58,033 bases of DNA. Origin: a virus (lineage: Duplodnaviria > Caudoviricetes). Where the stretch lies: the IMG/VR virus record IMGVR_UViG_3300037478_000518, positions 1 through 58,033 of that record; one strand, 5' to 3'. Made by a program: the position numbers and the translations under genes. This document shows, one piece after another, positions 17,169-26,757 of this stretch. The notes under the pieces are model-generated. The model was not told the origin of the DNA. It saw nothing but the letters and a program-made list of their open reading frames with translations, and searched no databases. Position 1 is the stretch's first letter, and every line of letters begins with the position of its first letter.

Positions 17169-17930
17169 TCATGCCGCGACCTCGTTGAACACCACTATTC
17201 CGCGCTGCCGCATCTCACCGTGCAGGGCGGAGCGGTACTGGAAGTCGATCAAACCGCGGAGTGCTTTTGCGTGCCGCTGCTCGACGCGATCCAACGCCCC
17301 GTACTCGCCGTGCGCATCGATCCGCATCAGCCAACTGCGGCAGGGCATACAAAAGAGGCCAGGCGCCACCTTGGCGAGCCGAGAAAGCTTCTGCTCCTTT
17401 TCGCCGCACATCGCACAGCCTGCATCAATCTCGAGTTGTCTAACCTGCGATCGCTCCCGCTCGCGTCTCTCCTCGCGAATCGTCGCTTCGACAGCGCGTA
17501 GATGCAGGAGCGGCCTCCGCGGGCGAGCGGCCTTCTCGAGAGCCCGCAGAACGCGCGACTGATGCAGGAGGCGGGTGCCATAATTCTCGCGCAACTCACC
17601 GATCCAGGTGTTCATTGAATGGCTTCGCTGAAACCATTCGCCATGGAGTCGTTGGGAAGCGAAGCGTTCATGTGCGGCCGCTTCGGAGAAGATCTTCTCA
17701 GGGACGGCCACGATCAGGTCAAGCTTGATGGGGCTGGAAAGTTGCAGGTCGGCGAGCCGGCGAAGAGGATCGCGAGAACGGCCAAGCTTCACTGGGCCCG
17801 TGGCGCCGCCGATCACATAGAGGTAGCTATCTGCCGTGTACCAATCGAGAAGCTGCTCGATCAACTCCAGCACGCGCGACGGTGCGCGTGTTGCCTTCTC
17901 GATCTCACTTCGAAGTTCCGCCGTCGTCAT
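17169..17930 (-). CDS. T5orf172/GIY-YIG domain protein
   Basis: YLYVI..VKLGRS.DP..RL.DLQ..H.RF...RLHGEWF. Confidence 0.8.
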   Translation of the reverse strand: MTTAELRSEIEKATRAPSRVLELIEQLLDWYTADSYLYVIGGATGPVKLGRSRDPLRRLADLQLSSPIKLDLIVAVPEKIFSEAAAHERFASQRLHGEWFQRSHSMNTWIGELRENYGTRLLHQSRVLRALEKAARPRRPLLHLRAVEATIREERRERERSQVRQLEIDAGCAMCGEKEQKLSRLAKVAPGLFCMPCRSWLMRIDAHGEYGALDRVEQRHAKALRGLIDFQYRSALHGEMRQRGIVVFNEVAA

Positions 17931-17941
17931 GCGCCCCCCGC

Positions 17942-18157
17942 TGTGCCGGTTGTTGTGCCACTGGCGCCGCAAAAACGCGCCAGTGGCCAATTGGTCTACT
18001 TCGGCACTCGGGGCGGGACGCTTGCTAAGTTGTTCCCGTATGGGGAGTGGAAGTCCTACTATGCTGGCTGGACTACAGCCCCGGGAACTGTTGCCATATA
18101 ACGCTTTACGCCGCTCGCCTTCGCTCGGTCCCGCCCGTTTGTGCCAGTTACTGTGCC
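17942..18157. other. Probable attP (integrase arm-type repeats)
   Basis: TGTGCC pairs with 12-bp period at 17942/17954 and 18140/18152 flank a non-coding core with AT-rich IHF-like boxes; just downstream of int. Confidence 0.5.
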
Positions 18158-18176
18158 GGATGCGGGCATAACAGAA

Positions 18177-18237
18177 GCCCCATCCGGAGCTGCGATCCCA
18201 GCACGGCTTGGCGCCGGCCCGGGGCTCCGGATGGGGC
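18177..18237. repeat. Perfect 14-bp inverted repeat (RNA hairpin) after int
   Basis: GCCCCATCCGGAGC-N33-GCTCCGGATGGGGC. Confidence 0.6.
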
Positions 18238-18312
18238 ATGACTCCCCACTTGGGGGAAATCGGAAGCTCTGTCATCCGGGCCAACGCAACAAACGGGATC
18301 GCAGTCATTAAT

Positions 18313-19476
18313 CTACACTCCCGCCACGGCGGCTTCAAGCTTTTCGGCAAGCTTCTTTTTCGGCTCCGGATCGTCCTGGTGGTAGATGCGCGCCAACGTC
18401 GCCCGGTTGGTCCCGGACTGTTTCTCCGCTGCTGCTCCGTCCGTGCTGGACGTGGATGCGAACCGGCGCTTGATCCCGTGAAAGGCCCGCCGGTCCCGGT
18501 GCTCGACGCCAGAAAGGGCCTCGATCTGGCGGAGCCACTTCCTGCATTGCGTGTCACTGGCGATGGAGCGCTTCGGTGTCGCCTTGCTCAGGTCGCCGTC
18601 CGGGAAGAGCAGGCCGGAAGAAGTGACAGCCGGCGTGGCGTACAGGCGGCAGACGGCCGCTCGAGCGCGCGGGCCCAGGTAGGTGACCCCCGACCGTCTG
18701 GCCTTGTCTGTTGCGCCCGGGAACGCGATGCGCGTGCTGCTGCCCTCGTGTTCGACAGCGGACGCAGACAGGGTCCGTATGGCCGCCAGGCGCCGGCCCG
18801 TGCTCCACGCGACCCAGAGCATGGCGCAGATGCGGGGATCGCCCTTGGCGGACGTGGCGAGCAGCTTCGAAACCTCTTCCAGGCTGTACGCCCGCGACTC
18901 GCCGCCCGCCCTCGGGATGTCCACCGCCGACAGGTTGGAGCCCTCGTTGATCCACTTGAGCTTTCGTTGCGCGTATGAAAACGCGTCCACGATGTAGCGG
19001 AGATACTTCTGCTGCGTGCGGGTGCTCCAGCGAGCCGCCGCCGCTTTCGTGCGTACGACTTGCTGCACCCGGGCCGGGCTCGCATCGGTCAACCGCATGT
19101 CGCCCCCGAGGGCCAGCAGCCAGAAGTCACGAAGCCCGCGCTGGATCCGCCGGTGGTGCTCCGACCAGCCCTCTTCCTTGGATCCGTGGTAAGCGTCGGT
19201 GAGTTCGCGGAACGTCCGCGGCGGGTCCCGCCCCAGCAGCTCATGCGCGTCGTCTGCTTCGCGCCGCTTTTTCTGTGCGGCAGCGCACGCGTCAGCAACG
19301 TCCTCCGCGAGTGCGTGCGAGACGATGGGTGACCCGGTGAGGTTCTTGAGCGTTTCCCGGTGCCGGCCGTCCCGGTCCCACCACTCGATGTGGATCGGCC
19401 CACCCGGGCGGCGCTCGTACACCGTGATCCTGTTGATGCCCTTCTGGCCGGTCGCGTATCGCCAGAGCTTCGCCAC
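18313..19476 (-). CDS. int: Tyrosine integrase
   Basis: TGRR, TDK, FHGIKR, LARIY catalytic pattern; N-terminal arm-binding domain. Confidence 0.88.
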   Translation of the reverse strand: MAKLWRYATGQKGINRITVYERRPGGPIHIEWWDRDGRHRETLKNLTGSPIVSHALAEDVADACAAAQKKRREADDAHELLGRDPPRTFRELTDAYHGSKEEGWSEHHRRIQRGLRDFWLLALGGDMRLTDASPARVQQVVRTKAAAARWSTRTQQKYLRYIVDAFSYAQRKLKWINEGSNLSAVDIPRAGGESRAYSLEEVSKLLATSAKGDPRICAMLWVAWSTGRRLAAIRTLSASAVEHEGSSTRIAFPGATDKARRSGVTYLGPRARAAVCRLYATPAVTSSGLLFPDGDLSKATPKRSIASDTQCRKWLRQIEALSGVEHRDRRAFHGIKRRFASTSSTDGAAAEKQSGTNRATLARIYHQDDPEPKKKLAEKLEAAVAGV

Positions 19477-19489
19477 TCGCGCGCCTCCG

Positions 19490-19888
19490 TCACAGGTTGG
19501 CCGTCACCTTTCGCGCGTAGTGTTCGATGACCGCGGAGTCATCGTCAACAGCGGCGGATGGCTGCGGAACGGAACGTGGCCCGCCCCCGTTCTTCCGGCG
19601 GTACGCCCAGCAATCGCCCTCATCGAAGAGCCAGGGGGATCGGTCGCTGTTGCCTTTGCGCCGGACGCGCACGGGCGGATCCTTGCCATCTTCCTGCATC
19701 GACGCCCAGCGCACGGCGGACGCGCGCAACGTTGGCGCCGGTATGTCGGCGATCTCCGCGGCTTCCGCGATGCCAACCCATCGGACGATCTGCTCCGCCT
19801 GGGTATCCCATGCGGCCAGCAGGCCCTCCCGGGTGAATTGCGTCCCCGCCGGACTTTGCTCGATGACCTTGCGCAGTGATCGGGACAA
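19490..19888 (-). CDS. Excisionase-like wHTH protein
   Basis: WVGIAEAAEIADIPAPTLR plus wing; immediately upstream of int. Confidence 0.6.
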   Translation of the reverse strand: MSRSLRKVIEQSPAGTQFTREGLLAAWDTQAEQIVRWVGIAEAAEIADIPAPTLRASAVRWASMQEDGKDPPVRVRRKGNSDRSPWLFDEGDCWAYRRKNGGGPRSVPQPSAAVDDDSAVIEHYARKVTANL

Positions 19889-19953
19889 TTATCCCCCCCG
19901 CTCCAGAACCAGCGCGGCCACCCGTTCCGCGATCTGCTCGATCTCGTCGGCCT

Positions 19954-20112
19954 TCACCCCGCCCCCTTCTCCCGCTTCGGCCGCGCCTTCTCCGTCGTGA
20001 CAGTCCCGTGCTCTTTCAGCGAGTCGCGAAGCTGGACCAGCTTGAGCAACTCGTCGGCATTGTCGCCGTCGATTTCCTTCGTCACGATCACGCGCCAGGT
20101 TTCTTTTTTCAC
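19954..20112 (-). CDS. Hypothetical small protein
   Basis: GTG start with AGGGG RBS. Confidence 0.4.
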   Translation of the reverse strand: MKKETWRVIVTKEIDGDNADELLKLVQLRDSLKEHGTVTTEKARPKREKGAG

Positions 20113-20189
20113 CCGTTCCCCTTGATGGTGTCCATATCGATGTAAACCTCGACGTTCCGGTGCCTCCCGACACGCCCCGTACCAGCCCG

Positions 20190-20507
20190 TTACGTACTCC
20201 GGCGACTCCGCCCCGACCGCGTATTGCGGCTGCATTGCGATCGGCACTCGGCAGCGATGTTGGACCTGTTCAACTGCTGAGCTCTGGCCCGCTCCTGCTC
20301 ACAACAGTGATCAGCCCGAGCAAGTCGCTCGCGCAGCTTCTCGGCTTCGCTCTTGCCCGAGTACAGTTGTCCGTGGCCGGCTGGGCAGTAGAACGTTTGG
20401 TGATCTTGCCGCCGCCGATCCTGAAAGGCTGTCGGCATCCAAAACACCATCGAACATGCGAAGCACGTTTCCTGCGCCATCGTCACCGTCGCCGTTTGCT
20501 CAACCAC
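20190..20507 (-). CDS. Conserved phage Zn-binding/coiled-coil protein
   Basis: TCFAC..FYCPAGH motif. Confidence 0.6.
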   Translation of the reverse strand: MVEQTATVTMAQETCFACSMVFWMPTAFQDRRRQDHQTFYCPAGHGQLYSGKSEAEKLRERLARADHCCEQERARAQQLNRSNIAAECRSQCSRNTRSGRSRRST

Positions 20508-20748
20508 TTGTGCCCCCCTTTATCATCTTGGCGAACTTGCGCCGCTTCTCGTGCATCTCCGCCATCGACGGCAACACCGTCTCTTTCTTCGCGCCCTTGA
20601 CCTTCGGCCGCCTCAGCCGCTCCGGATTCTGCCGGCACCACTCGTCGATCTGGTCCCGCGACAGATGCCGCTCCGGTCCGGGCTGTGCTGTCGTCGCGGT
20701 CAGCCTCGCCGCGATCGCGTTGATCGGGTATTGGGTCACGAGGGTCAT
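20500..20748 (-). CDS. Hypothetical basic protein
   Basis: ATGA coupling. Confidence 0.5.
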   Translation of the reverse strand: MTLVTQYPINAIAARLTATTAQPGPERHLSRDQIDEWCRQNPERLRRPKVKGAKKETVLPSMAEMHEKRRKFAKMIKGGTSG

Positions 20749-21311
20749 GCGGGCCGCATCTCCCCTTCAGCGTACGTTGTGTCCAGATCCTTGCTGCCCG
20801 TATACCACTTGCCATCCTGAATTAGCCGGAACGTGCGCACGAGCGCAAAGTCGGTTATCCGGACACGGAAGTCTGCGAGCCCCCACTGCGCGCCATCCAT
20901 TCGTGCCATCACGCCATCTGAGATACGGTCCGGTGTGCAGAGTGTCGAGCCGTTCGTTGCGACAAACTCGGCGATGGCCGATTGCACGATATTGCCGAGT
21001 GTGTCTTCCGCGTTGTGGAGTGTTTCATAGAGCCGCCGCACGTCAGCGACCGAGTAACCCAAGGCCGCGCCGATCGTCAGCGTCTTACCGTCCGCCGTGG
21101 TCAGGGTCTGGAGCGGGATCGTCAGCAGGCGGAGGCGAATGGACTGCCGGTACACACGATCGATGATGGGGAATCGCCAGTGCATTCCGGCCGGCAAGTC
21201 ATGGACCCGGCGACCGAACCTAACACGGATCGCACCTTCCCATGGCGTGACTGTAACCCACCACTTGAACAGCGTACTCAGCGAATGTAGAAGCTGAACG
21301 AATGCGTTCAT
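20745..21311 (-). CDS. SPFH/band-7 domain protein
   Basis: V.PWEGAIRVRFGR..L.AG.HWRFPIID, QTLTTADGK. Confidence 0.85.
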   Translation of the reverse strand: MNAFVQLLHSLSTLFKWWVTVTPWEGAIRVRFGRRVHDLPAGMHWRFPIIDRVYRQSIRLRLLTIPLQTLTTADGKTLTIGAALGYSVADVRRLYETLHNAEDTLGNIVQSAIAEFVATNGSTLCTPDRISDGVMARMDGAQWGLADFRVRITDFALVRTFRLIQDGKWYTGSKDLDTTYAEGEMRPA

Positions 21312-21886
21312 TCCTCACCCCTCACGATCCGCCGCGCCTCGTCCTTCGTCCGTATCTTGCAAGCCTGCTTTCTTCGGGCACGATTGTCTTTCGCCATACA
21401 CGCCAAGTGGAGCGGCGCAATCTTTTGACCGTTCTTCCTCTGGTACTGCTTGACCTCTATCGGCGGACCCCATCTTCTGCACAACCGACAGCGAAGCCAG
21501 TCGGCGTGACCACATGCATACAGCGCCCGCTGGCGCGTGTGCAGCAACATGTGGTATGAATGATCATTGCAGATGACGAGGTTGTTGTGCGAACAATTAT
21601 GGATGTCGCCGTCTACGTGATGTACCTCCGAACGCGGCGGTAAGGGCTTGCCTAAGACCCTCTCGGCTAACAGACGGTGAAGACGATCTCCGTTGCGCTC
21701 TGGGTATGACTTCTGTTGACCTAACGGAAGCCGCGACGCGTGGCCCATGACAAATCTCATCGGACTGCCTTTGACATAGCCCTTGGCGGGTTCACTCTGC
21801 GTTGCGAGAGAAGTCTTCATTCCACACCCGCATTGACAGTACCCGTCGGCGATCTTGATGGCGGTGTCGAGGGCGAGGGAGATCAT
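21308..21886 (-). CDS. HNH endonuclease (free-standing homing type)
   Basis: CQCGCG N-terminus; HRLLAE..VHHVDGD..N...NL. Confidence 0.85.
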   Translation of the reverse strand: MISLALDTAIKIADGYCQCGCGMKTSLATQSEPAKGYVKGSPMRFVMGHASRLPLGQQKSYPERNGDRLHRLLAERVLGKPLPPRSEVHHVDGDIHNCSHNNLVICNDHSYHMLLHTRQRALYACGHADWLRCRLCRRWGPPIEVKQYQRKNGQKIAPLHLACMAKDNRARRKQACKIRTKDEARRIVRGEE

Positions 21887-21889
21887 CGC

Positions 21890-22147
21890 TCAGTACTCCG
21901 GGTGCCGGATGTTCCGCACGCTGGTCAAAAACTCTTCCAGTACTTCCGGTGGCAACATGTCCTCGAAATACGCCCGTCGCTCCATGATCCAACCACGGAG
22001 CACACAAGCAAGCCGGGCATCGCGCCCGCCGATCTGCTGCGCCGCGCCGAGTACGTATTCGAGCGTGCCAACGATGCCGCCATGCTCGCGCATGAACGTC
22101 ACCATTTCGGCGTGCGGCGTGACCAGCGGGGCGACGATTGCCATCAC
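21890..22147 (-). CDS. Hypothetical protein
   Basis: Coupled ORF. Confidence 0.5.
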   Translation of the reverse strand: MMAIVAPLVTPHAEMVTFMREHGGIVGTLEYVLGAAQQIGGRDARLACVLRGWIMERRAYFEDMLPPEVLEEFLTSVRNIRHPEY

Positions 22148-23268
22148 ACGATCGACGGTTGCAGAAACTCTTCGCGTGCCTTGGCCGCGATCTTGAGCTT
22201 CTCTGTCAGTTGCCGGACCTGGACCTCGCCCGCCTTGTTAACGAACTCAACGCACTTGCTCCGCGTAGCGGCGTCATCCTCGAACGCTTTCGCGATCCAT
22301 TCCGACGCGGCGTCTTTCACGTCCTGTTCGCACCCGCCCTCTTCCGGCTTGGTCTTCGATATCCAGTCGGAGACCGCCTTTGCCTGCGACTCGAAAGCGG
22401 CCCTGGCTTGGTCGGGCTCGGCCTTCTTTGGCTTGCTCTTCCCGGCAGTCCGCAAGCGATCCGTGACCTCCTGAGCTTCCGGCGTGCTGCCGTTCTTGTC
22501 CCGCGGGAAGGCTTGGTCGACGCTCGTGTCACCGTCCTGGATGGCGTTCTTGATGCCGATCAGCGTGACCAGTTGCTCCTCGCCGATGTCCTCCACCTTA
22601 TCGAGCCCCAGCGCCGCAAGCACGCGATCCTCCGGTGCGCCGACCTTGAAGAACCACGCGAGCGCATTCGACCGCCGGGATTCGATCGGCTGCTCACCGC
22701 CTGTCGCCATCTTCCGCGCAGCCATGTAGGCACGTTTCGCGAGCGCGAACGGTATCACGTCGAAGATCGCGTTACGGAGTGCTATCGAGCATGCGGCGTT
22801 CCCCGTCACGACAATCATGTCCTCGGAGTAGCGGTGCCCATTCGCGTTCGTGATCCGGCGTTTGACCTCGATCGACGTGCCGATATTCTTCTCCAGGTCG
22901 ATGCACGAGCCTTGCGCTGTCACATGGGTCTCATCAATCGCAATGACACGAGCGCCAGCCCGAACGTTGCCCCACGAGTACTGCACCATCTCGGCGAATC
23001 GGACGCTCGGACCTTCGATGTACTTCACGATCCCGCGTTCCTTTCGGGGCAGCGCATAGAACATACTTTCCGCGACCTCTTTGTCTGTGCACGCGAGCGC
23101 CATAAGCTCACGCTCGAACTTTCTTACATCGCGCGGGAACTGCTTCGCCGTCGCGATCTGGACATCGATCTGTGCCCGCTCGATCGCGTTGATGGCCGTC
23201 GCCGAATCGACCGTGACCAGCTCCACAGATACGACCTCTCCATCTACTTCCGCTTCCAACGTCGCCAT
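22144..23268 (-). CDS. Probable single-strand annealing recombinase (RecT-position)
   Basis: QIATAKQFPRD..FYALPR..GPSVRFAE..WGN; directly after the RecE-like nuclease. Confidence 0.6.
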   Translation of the reverse strand: MATLEAEVDGEVVSVELVTVDSATAINAIERAQIDVQIATAKQFPRDVRKFERELMALACTDKEVAESMFYALPRKERGIVKYIEGPSVRFAEMVQYSWGNVRAGARVIAIDETHVTAQGSCIDLEKNIGTSIEVKRRITNANGHRYSEDMIVVTGNAACSIALRNAIFDVIPFALAKRAYMAARKMATGGEQPIESRRSNALAWFFKVGAPEDRVLAALGLDKVEDIGEEQLVTLIGIKNAIQDGDTSVDQAFPRDKNGSTPEAQEVTDRLRTAGKSKPKKAEPDQARAAFESQAKAVSDWISKTKPEEGGCEQDVKDAASEWIAKAFEDDAATRSKCVEFVNKAGEVQVRQLTEKLKIAAKAREEFLQPSIV

Positions 23269-23291
23269 TTCGAGCCTCACCACTTCTAAGG

Positions 23292-24179
23292 TTATTCCAT
23301 CATCTCGGCGTAAACCCAAGCGGGTACGTCCAGGGTCATTACATCATCCCGGTATCCGGGGAACTCCTGCGCCGCCATGCACTCCGCGTAACGTGCCAGT
23401 AGACCACGTACTTCCTCTGCTCCGACACGGACCGCGTCCTCGGGAAGCCGATAGAGCGCCACGTCATACGGCCGTTTCTTCTCGCACGCGATAAATACGA
23501 ACGCATTGAATGCGCCGGGCGATACCTGCTCAGCGCCAGACATGTAGAAGGCGTGTTGCCGATGGTATCCCCACTTGCCGATCGAGCGGCGGAAAGATGC
23601 CGGGCTGGCGTCATCGCAGGATTTCAGGTCCGCGATCAACTGGGTGTCAGCATCGGGAATGTCCCACCTGGCCTTGCACGCCTGTCCGGTGCGTTCGTCG
23701 GTCCAAAGAACGGACAACTCGCGGTCCTGCGCCCGTTCGATCAACCCGCCAGCGAGCGGATGCGAAAGGACGGCCTCCCGCATGCGGTGCACGGCTTCCC
23801 ATTGCTCGCCGTCAAGGCATGTGAACGATTCGCCCTCGCCGTCCGGCTCCGGATCATGGCCCCGCACTCCGCAGAACCATTCGCCGACGCGCCGAACGCG
23901 GCCCACGTTCATGCAGCGCATTCCTTTGCTGGTCACCGCCGCGCATTGCCCTGCGTGCGCGTATTCGGCATAGAAGAGTTGCGGCTCCAGTACGAGGGAA
24001 TGAAAGGCGCGACCAATGATCTGCTCTTTCGTATCGGCCGGTGGGTTCTCGATCATCTCGCGTAGATAACGGGGCGAGCGCTTCACGAGCGTCAGCCGGC
24101 TGTTGCTCGCCGCGTCGATGGCGCGGTACTCTGCAAACGGGAGTCCCTGCAGCACGCGCATCTCAGCGATTGTCGTCAC
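23292..24179 (-). CDS. RecE/ExoVIII-like PD-(D/E)XK exonuclease (DUF3799)
   Basis: GRAFHSLVLEP, CKARWD, IADLKS, GYHRQ.AFY, FIACEK..PY. Confidence 0.88.
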   Translation of the reverse strand: MTTIAEMRVLQGLPFAEYRAIDAASNSRLTLVKRSPRYLREMIENPPADTKEQIIGRAFHSLVLEPQLFYAEYAHAGQCAAVTSKGMRCMNVGRVRRVGEWFCGVRGHDPEPDGEGESFTCLDGEQWEAVHRMREAVLSHPLAGGLIERAQDRELSVLWTDERTGQACKARWDIPDADTQLIADLKSCDDASPASFRRSIGKWGYHRQHAFYMSGAEQVSPGAFNAFVFIACEKKRPYDVALYRLPEDAVRVGAEEVRGLLARYAECMAAQEFPGYRDDVMTLDVPAWVYAEMME

Positions 24180-24460
24180 GCCGCCGCCATCCTTCCCCGG
24201 ACCTCTTCCCGTTCCCGTATCGCCCGCTCGAGCGCGACCGCAGCCCGTTCGAAATGCGGCCCCTGCATGTCCCGCATCCGCTCGATCAGCGCCGCCGGGC
24301 ACATCGGCCCGTACTCGGATTGCAGCGCTATCTGGTACGCGAGAATTTGGAGCGGCGTCTGACTTCCGCCCCAGCACGCAGGACATCGCGCGGCGCTATC
24401 CAGCAATGTCGCGCACTCCGGGCAAAGCAGGGTCGGCGCGTCGTCGGTTGAGTGCATCAC
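24176..24460 (-). CDS. Zn-finger hypothetical protein
   Basis: CPEC..CPAC. Confidence 0.5.
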   Translation of the reverse strand: MMHSTDDAPTLLCPECATLLDSAARCPACWGGSQTPLQILAYQIALQSEYGPMCPAALIERMRDMQGPHFERAAVALERAIREREEVRGRMAAA

Positions 24461-24948
24461 GGCCTCCGGTACGCATCGGCTATCGCGTAGAACTGATGCC
24501 ACTCCGACCCCAGAACGCCGGCTATCTGCACGCTCGGGACGGGACGCCAGTGCGGCCAGCCGTCGTACATGCCGACCCGGATTACGCGCTTCCAGCCGAC
24601 ACGCGGCCATCCGCCGTCCGTCGTCGCTTCCCACCCTTGGCCGTGATCCAAGCCATCCGCGATCGCGCGCAACCTCTCGACCTGCTCGGTAATCCGGTGG
24701 GGATTGATTCCGCCGCGCCGATCGCTCCAGTCGTGAGACGCGAAGTCATAGGACCAATCGACCGGCCCCAGGTATTCGCCTATGCGTTCTTCGACCATAC
24801 GCGTTTTCATTACGCCCTCCGAATGATCCACTGGCCAGTGCGGGTTACTCCCGCAGTCGACGACCGTCGTGAACGCGGGCTCGGACGGCGATGGCGCGTC
24901 GGGTGCGCATGCGGCGAGTGCGAGCGCGAGGATGGCGGTGCGCATCAT
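24457..24948 (-). CDS. Predicted lipoprotein
   Basis: MMRTAILALALAA-C lipobox. Confidence 0.55.
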   Translation of the reverse strand: MMRTAILALALAACAPDAPSPSEPAFTTVVDCGSNPHWPVDHSEGVMKTRMVEERIGEYLGPVDWSYDFASHDWSDRRGGINPHRITEQVERLRAIADGLDHGQGWEATTDGGWPRVGWKRVIRVGMYDGWPHWRPVPSVQIAGVLGSEWHQFYAIADAYRRP

Positions 24949-25172
24949 GGTATTGCCGCTCTATTCTTCTTGCTGCGAGAGACGATCGCCCTGCACTCGT
25001 GAATCCGATCATGTACCTCGCGCATCTCTGACGCCTGACGTCCGATAAACAGGCCGCTTGGCAACCCCTGGTTCAGCAGCTTCACGTCCTGAATCACGTC
25101 CAGTGTTCCTATGATTGCTTCGATCACGGCGCGTGATATGATCTCGTCGATCTCTCGCGTGTATACGCTCAC
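24945..25172 (-). CDS. Hypothetical protein
   Basis: GTG start, GGAGG RBS. Confidence 0.5.
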   Translation of the reverse strand: MSVYTREIDEIISRAVIEAIIGTLDVIQDVKLLNQGLPSGLFIGRQASEMREVHDRIHECRAIVSRSKKNRAAIP

Positions 25173-25297
25173 AGCAGCCCTCCATTCCGCATTGCGTTCA
25201 ACTTCTCGTTCGCTTCCGCCCGCTCGTTCGGATCGTCCGTTGCCGACGCAATCGCGTACGCAATGGCGAGCAGTGCAATCAGTCCGATCGTCAGCAT
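25169..25297 (-). CDS. Small 1TM protein (42 aa, not in track)
   Basis: MLTIGLIALLAIAYAIAS...; GAGG RBS; GTGA coupling. Confidence 0.5.
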   Translation of the reverse strand: MLTIGLIALLAIAYAIASATDDPNERAEANEKLNAMRNGGLL

Positions 25298-25315
25298 AAG
25301 TCGCCTCACAGTCCG

Positions 25316-25510
25316 TCAGGTCGTCAACACGCGGACGGCAGACTTTGCCCTCTCGTGCAGTATCTCGGACCAAGCCTGTGCCGCCTCGGCCTTGAACTGC
25401 TCTGGCGTCAGCCCCTCATCGATCGCGGCTTCGACAGCTTCCCAGATAGCATCCTCGGTGCGTGTCGGTTTCACTACGCGAAAGTATGCGGTCACACCGT
25501 AGGGTTTCAT
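25316..25510 (-). CDS. Hypothetical protein
   Basis: ATG after GAGG. Confidence 0.55.
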   Translation of the reverse strand: MKPYGVTAYFRVVKPTRTEDAIWEAVEAAIDEGLTPEQFKAEAAQAWSEILHERAKSAVRVLTT

Positions 25511-25518
25511 GGGTCGCC

Positions 25519-25680
25519 TCACTCCCCGCCGAGCCGCTTCCGCGCGGCTTCCTCTGCTGCGTCCGGGAACGGCTCGACCGGCGGTCCGCGGAACAGCATC
25601 CACAGCATGAGCCCGATCAGGCAGCCGATGAACACGGCGAGCCAGAAGAAAATGTCGAATAGCGTGGTTGGCTCGGTCAT
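25519..25680 (-). CDS. Small 1TM protein (53 aa, not in track)
   Basis: MTEPTTLFDIFFWLAVFIGCLIGLMLWMLF...; ATGA coupling. Confidence 0.55.
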   Translation of the reverse strand: MTEPTTLFDIFFWLAVFIGCLIGLMLWMLFRGPPVEPFPDAAEEAARKRLGGE

Positions 25681-26096
25681 GCGGGCCGCCTGTTCCGTTC
25701 GCGGCGTACTTCTTTCAGATCCACCACTTCCGCGTAGCTGTCGACCAGTGCGTCAAACTCTTCGCGATGCGCAGCGATCAGCGCAGCGATGGCCCGTAGT
25801 TCATCCGCGAACCTGCGCTTGTCTTCCGATGGCACACCCCATCGAAGCGTCATCGGGGTTGCGTGACGCACGATGCAGGACGCGGGGTCGTCTTCCCATG
25901 TAGCGTGGCGCGCGAACGTGCTCCAGCACGTCATGCAGACATGCAGGGACAAACGTTGCGCACCCCATTCCTTGTAGCGCGCGACGACTTCTTCGCGTGT
26001 CCAAGTCGGATGCCGTGGCGCGTCCAGTCCGCACTCGGTCAACTGCTCGGCTCGCCACGGCAAGCCCGAACGCTCGATGTGCGTGATCGTCTTCAT
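25677..26096 (-). CDS. Hypothetical protein
   Basis: ATGA coupling. Confidence 0.6.
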   Translation of the reverse strand: MKTITHIERSGLPWRAEQLTECGLDAPRHPTWTREEVVARYKEWGAQRLSLHVCMTCWSTFARHATWEDDPASCIVRHATPMTLRWGVPSEDKRRFADELRAIAALIAAHREEFDALVDSYAEVVDLKEVRRERNRRPA

Positions 26097-26575
26097 CTGT
26101 CCACCCGCGCCGCGATCCGTTGCCGGATCGACACCAGCAGTGTCCGCGTCCCGGACAGTTGCGCCTCCAGCGCGCTCGCGTATTCCGCAGCCGATGTGCG
26201 CCCGTTTTTCCAAAGGCAGTAAACGCGGTCCTCGTCACTGTCCGCGAACGCCTCAATCTGCTCGGCATCGGCGGGGCAGAGATCGGCGGGCGGCCAGATC
26301 TCATCGACCATCGACCAGATGCGCGCCAACACTCTCTCGCCCCATTCCCGGCCATGACCGGCCAGCCGGAAGGCGATCAGGTGCGCGCGGACGCGCGTCA
26401 GGAAATTGCTCTGCCCTGTTGTCCGCGCCCTCGAGAGTCCGGCAATCGTGACGTAGCCAGGGATCGTGTACTGCTTGAGCGGCTTTGGCGTGAGATCACG
26501 GAGCAGGTGCACGTCCAGTGTGGCCAGGTTATCGAGTCGGATCAAAAAACCAGGCTGATATTGCTTCGTTGTCAT
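26093..26575 (-). CDS. Hypothetical protein
   Basis: GGAG RBS, ATGA coupling. Confidence 0.6.
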   Translation of the reverse strand: MTTKQYQPGFLIRLDNLATLDVHLLRDLTPKPLKQYTIPGYVTIAGLSRARTTGQSNFLTRVRAHLIAFRLAGHGREWGERVLARIWSMVDEIWPPADLCPADAEQIEAFADSDEDRVYCLWKNGRTSAAEYASALEAQLSGTRTLLVSIRQRIAARVDR

Positions 26576-26757
26576 GCTACTCTCCGACCATACTTGACTG
26601 CATGACCGGCCTCGTTCGTGTGAGCGCGATCCTGCGCACAGTGCTGCCCGCGCTCCATCGGGACGGGGAAGTAACCGGGTGCCGTTGCTATCAGTGCCAG
26701 ACGCATCGCTTTGCGCGGCGCGTAGAGCAGTCGGAGCGAACGGTAGAGGGCGAGCAT
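26572..26757 (-). CDS. Hypothetical protein
   Basis: Fills the operon. Confidence 0.4.
   Translation of the reverse strand: MLALYRSLRLLYAPRKAMRLALIATAPGYFPVPMERGQHCAQDRAHTNEAGHAVKYGRRVA

Noticed and set aside
17931-18557. N-terminal extension making the GIY-YIG ORF 462 aa
   Set aside because: It overlaps int and the attP-like region and has no motifs. ATG 17930 is the more plausible start.
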